DNA of 64,000 nucleotides, from contig JBDRIM010000041.1 in assembly GCA_043816005.1 (NCBI GenBank), positions 1 through 64,000 on the forward strand, read 5' to 3'. Under the pieces are notes generated by a model. The model saw only the letters and a program-made list of their open reading frames with translations. It searched no databases and had not been told where the DNA came from. Position numbers and translations under genes: made by a program. The stretch is from Candidatus Micrarchaeota archaeon (GTDB lineage Archaea; Micrarchaeota; Micrarchaeia; Anstonellales; Bilamarchaeaceae). Of this stretch, positions 60,786 to 64,000 are shown piece by piece. Each line of letters opens with the position of its first letter. Position 1 is the stretch's first letter.

Positions 60786-61391
60786 ATGGATAAATTATTT
60801 GGTAAATACTCATTGGACAATGTAGTAGTCAAAGACCTAAGTTTGGCACAGAACATCTCACTTACGCCAATCCTTGTTCCACATACATTTGGTAGAAACT
60901 CAAGAAAGGTCTTGGGTAAGACACAAGTAAATGTTGTAGAGCGACTTGCAAACAAGCTCATGAGAGGTGGTACTGGTGAAAAGACCTCAGGTAAGGTCAT
61001 CAGAACCAAAGGAAGAATGCAAGGTAAAAAACTTAGGGCTTTGAAAATTGTTGAAAGAGCATTTACTATTGTTGAAGGACAAACAAAAGAAAATCCCGTT
61101 CAGGTTTTAATAAAAGCACTTGAAAACGCTGCTCCAAGAGAAGATGTTACAAGAGTGTCACATGGTGGTGTCAGCTATCAAATTGCAGTTGATGTTTCAG
61201 CAACAAGAAGGCTTGACATGGCTTTGAGAAATATGGCACTTGCTGCTTTGATGGGAGCTTTTAATAAACCAAAATCACTTGCACAGGCACTTGCTGATGA
61301 GATTATCTCTACTGCAAAAGGAGACACGCAAACAAGTTATGCGATCAAAAAACGTGACGAAACCGAACGTATGGCACGATCAGCCAGGTAA
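60786..61391 (+). CDS. rps7: 30S ribosomal protein S7
   Basis: VERLANKLM, NAAPRE, AVDVS, ERMARSAR. Confidence 0.95.
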   Translation: MDKLFGKYSLDNVVVKDLSLAQNISLTPILVPHTFGRNSRKVLGKTQVNVVERLANKLMRGGTGEKTSGKVIRTKGRMQGKKLRALKIVERAFTIVEGQTKENPVQVLIKALENAAPREDVTRVSHGGVSYQIAVDVSATRRLDMALRNMALAALMGAFNKPKSLAQALADEIISTAKGDTQTSYAIKKRDETERMARSAR

Positions 61392-62190
61392 ATTTCGGTT
61401 TATTTCTTTAATTTTACTTTTTCTATTTGCAATTACATTAATTGATATGCTAATTATAGAACCGAACAACCTCCTAATTAGGAATAATAATTTTGATATA
61501 GAAGGTAATTATCAAATTAAGGTTGTTTTTTTCAGTGACATTCATATTGGTCAACAAAGACCAGGATATCTTGAGGACATAGTTACCAAAGTAAATGCAC
61601 AAAACCCAGATATTATCCTAATTGGTGGTGATATAATAGACAGGAGTGAAAGCGAACTGGCATTACTAGAACCATTAAAAAATTTAAAATCAAAATATGG
61701 AACTTACGCAGTCCTTGGAAATCATGATTATGGGAATTGGGGTTGTGGTATGCCAACCGGATTAGGGGAAAAGGTTGCAGAAAAATTGAGCGAACTTAAG
61801 ATCACTGTACTTAGAAATGACAATCGGATGGTTACCGCCAATGGGACCAAAATCGCAATAGTAGGTCTTGATGATGCATGGATGTGCCTTGAAGATTATC
61901 AAAAAGCAATAATTGGACTTGATAATATATCAAAAATTATAGTTGCACATAATCAATTTGCAATGGAAGAGGAAGAAATGGAAGAAAATTTCATTGTTCT
62001 GAGCGGACATACGCATTGCAGCCAAATTAGAATTCCAATTTTAAGTGATTTGGTTTTAGAACCATTTTTTGGAAAAATAGGAGGACAATATGCGTATGGT
62101 AATGGAACGCTTTATGTAAGCTGTGGAGTTGCATCTGGCACGGTGAGATTCCTTGCACCACCAGAAATAAACGTAATTCAACTAGAATAA
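61279..62190 (+). CDS. metallophosphoesterase (YkuE-like); true start uncertain, near or after the end of rps7
   Basis: SDIH, GGDIID, LGNHD, AHN, SGHTH. Confidence 0.8.
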   Translation: MHRHLLMRLSLLQKETRKQVMRSKNVTKPNVWHDQPGKFRFISLILLFLFAITLIDMLIIEPNNLLIRNNNFDIEGNYQIKVVFFSDIHIGQQRPGYLEDIVTKVNAQNPDIILIGGDIIDRSESELALLEPLKNLKSKYGTYAVLGNHDYGNWGCGMPTGLGEKVAEKLSELKITVLRNDNRMVTANGTKIAIVGLDDAWMCLEDYQKAIIGLDNISKIIVAHNQFAMEEEEMEENFIVLSGHTHCSQIRIPILSDLVLEPFFGKIGGQYAYGNGTLYVSCGVASGTVRFLAPPEINVIQLE

Positions 62191-62243
62191 GCGTTCACGT
62201 AAACTTAATAAACCTTATTTCTGATTGTCATTTGGTGATAATA

Positions 62244-62567
62244 ATGGCTAGAAGCCCTGTAATGGCAGTAGTAATGGCGATTATACCGTTTGTAGGATTG
62301 TATCTGTTGTATAAATGGTTTAGTGAATACAAAGAAGCTACAAAAGCAACGTATAATCCAATTATACAGTTGGTTTTGTGTTGTATTCCGTTGGTAAACT
62401 TATTTATATTATGGAAGTTTTTTGGTGGTGTTGAAGAAGCAGCAAAGGCAAAAGGTTCTGCGGGATACCCACTTGGAACAACCGTATTATTCATAGTTGG
62501 GTTAGTAACCGGTATAGGTATGTTATTTATGATTTACAAAACCCAGGAATTAATGAATACATTGTAA
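62244..62567 (+). CDS. small membrane protein (DUF4234-like)
   Basis: RSP..GLYLLYKW..QELMN pattern. Confidence 0.6.
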   Translation: MARSPVMAVVMAIIPFVGLYLLYKWFSEYKEATKATYNPIIQLVLCCIPLVNLFILWKFFGGVEEAAKAKGSAGYPLGTTVLFIVGLVTGIGMLFMIYKTQELMNTL

Positions 62568-62703
62568 TTTTTTCTTATTTTTTATTTTAATCCCCTTAAC
62601 CTCAGATTTATATTACTTTCCCATTAGATAAAACTTACTCTTTATGCTAAAGCAAACCAGGTTTGTTTGTAGCGCATTAGATAGATAAACTATAGGTGTA
62701 AAT

Positions 62704-64000
62704 ATGGCGAGAAAAGAATTTGTAGTTGAAGAAGTACAAAGAATGATGGAAGGTATTGATCAGGTACGTAACGTTGCAATCGTCGCTCATGTTGATCATG
62801 GTAAGACAACATTAACTGATTCTCTTATAGCAAGAGCAGGCCTTATATCAAAAGAACTTGCAGGCGCACAAAGATGGACAGATTTCGATCCTCAGGAACA
62901 GGCAAGAGGAATTACAATTAAATCTGCAGATGTTTCACTTGGCTTCAATTTCGAAGGTAAAGATCACTTGATTAACCTTATTGATACTCCGGGTCACGTT
63001 GATTTTGGTTTTCATGTTGTTCGTGCCATGCGCGCGGTTGATGGTATTTGTCTAGTTGTTGATGCAGTTGAGGGTGTTATGCCTCAAACAGAAACAAATC
63101 TGAGACAGGCACTCAAAGAAAGAGCAAAACCAATCCTTTTCATTAACAAAATTGACAGATTGATAAATGAACTTAAACTTGATTCTGCTGGAATGCAAGC
63201 AAGATTTATAAAAATTATCACGCAAGTGAACAAAATTATCGAGGCAAATGCACAACCAGAACAAAAAGATGATTGGCTTATTTCAGTAAACAAAGGGAAT
63301 GTAGCTTTTGGAACTGCATACAACAAATGGGCAGTTTCAATAAAATCAATGAAAAAATTCAATATAACTTTCCCAGAAATTTACCAACGATGTGTTGATG
63401 GTGATCATAAATCCCTTGTAGAAAGAAGTCCTTTAGACGAAGTACTTCTTGAAATAATAATTACACATCTTCCATCTCCAAAAGTTGCACAGCCCTACCG
63501 TATCCCAGTTCTTTGGAAACATGGTGATTTGACAACCGAAGCAGGTAAATCCATGCTTTCATGCGATAAAAAAGGTAAATTAATCGGCGTTTGTTTCGGT
63601 GTTGTTTACGATGAACATGCAGGTGAAGTTGCAGTTATACGATTTTTCTCAGGAACTGTGGAAAAAGGAATGCAACTTTATATTGCATCAAAAAAGATGT
63701 ATGCTAAAGTCCAGCAGGTAGGTATTTTTATGGGACCTGATCGTGTTGCTGCTGAAAAAGTGATGGCAGGTAACATAGGTGCAGTTGTTGGTTTGAAAGA
63801 TGTATACGTCGGAGAAACTATCTCTGTTGAACCACTAGAACCATTTGAACAAATAAAACACTATTCAGAACCAGTTATTACAAAGTCTATTGAGGTCAAG
63901 GAACAAAAAGACTTGCCAAAATTGATTGAAGCACTAAGAAGCATTTCAAAAGAAGACCCAACATTAAAAGTACAATTGGCAGAAACTGGCGAACACTTGA
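62704..64000 (+). CDS. fusA: elongation factor 2 (partial, runs off window)
   Basis: RNVAIVAHVDHGKTT, RGITIKS, DTPGHVDF, FINKID. Confidence 0.97.
   Translation, partial: MARKEFVVEEVQRMMEGIDQVRNVAIVAHVDHGKTTLTDSLIARAGLISKELAGAQRWTDFDPQEQARGITIKSADVSLGFNFEGKDHLINLIDTPGHVDFGFHVVRAMRAVDGICLVVDAVEGVMPQTETNLRQALKERAKPILFINKIDRLINELKLDSAGMQARFIKIITQVNKIIEANAQPEQKDDWLISVNKGNVAFGTAYNKWAVSIKSMKKFNITFPEIYQRCVDGDHKSLVERSPLDEVLLEIIITHLPSPKVAQPYRIPVLWKHGDLTTEAGKSMLSCDKKGKLIGVCFGVVYDEHAGEVAVIRFFSGTVEKGMQLYIASKKMYAKVQQVGIFMGPDRVAAEKVMAGNIGAVVGLKDVYVGETISVEPLEPFEQIKHYSEPVITKSIEVKEQKDLPKLIEALRSISKEDPTLKVQLAETGEHL

Overview
Archaeal chromosome segment. The gene content (aRF1, NMD3, Rpp21, L40e, Tyw1, type-2 IDI, Cdc6, EF-2) and the compact AT-rich layout suggest a DPANN archaeon, possibly Micrarchaeota; this assignment is inferred. 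Most of the window is housekeeping: a 2-oxoacid dehydrogenase operon, lipoate ligase, tdh/kbl, glmS, purE, isoprenoid genes and rps12-rps7-EF2. Two systems stand out. (1) A ~6 kb integrative element at the 3' end of tRNA-Leu carries a tyrosine integrase, a toxin-antitoxin pair and a diversity-generating retroelement (DGR). TR and VR are 91 bp and all 13 mismatches fall at TR adenines. The RT is interrupted at a G9 tract, the VR lies mid-gene, no avd is recognisable, and a remnant of a paralogous RT plus an inverted copy of the integrase-upstream module lie at the right end. (2) All five tRNA genes contain introns (7 in total). Several introns are built from a covarying hairpin repeat (stem-T4-6-RG-A4-6-stem-CAAAAAC) that also occurs outside tRNAs, which suggests a MITE/REP-like element that becomes tRNA introns. 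Also noted are a tandem hairpin array upstream of rps12, candidate ncRNAs, a divergent RelA/SpoT homolog and a split-motif beta-carbonic anhydrase-like protein.
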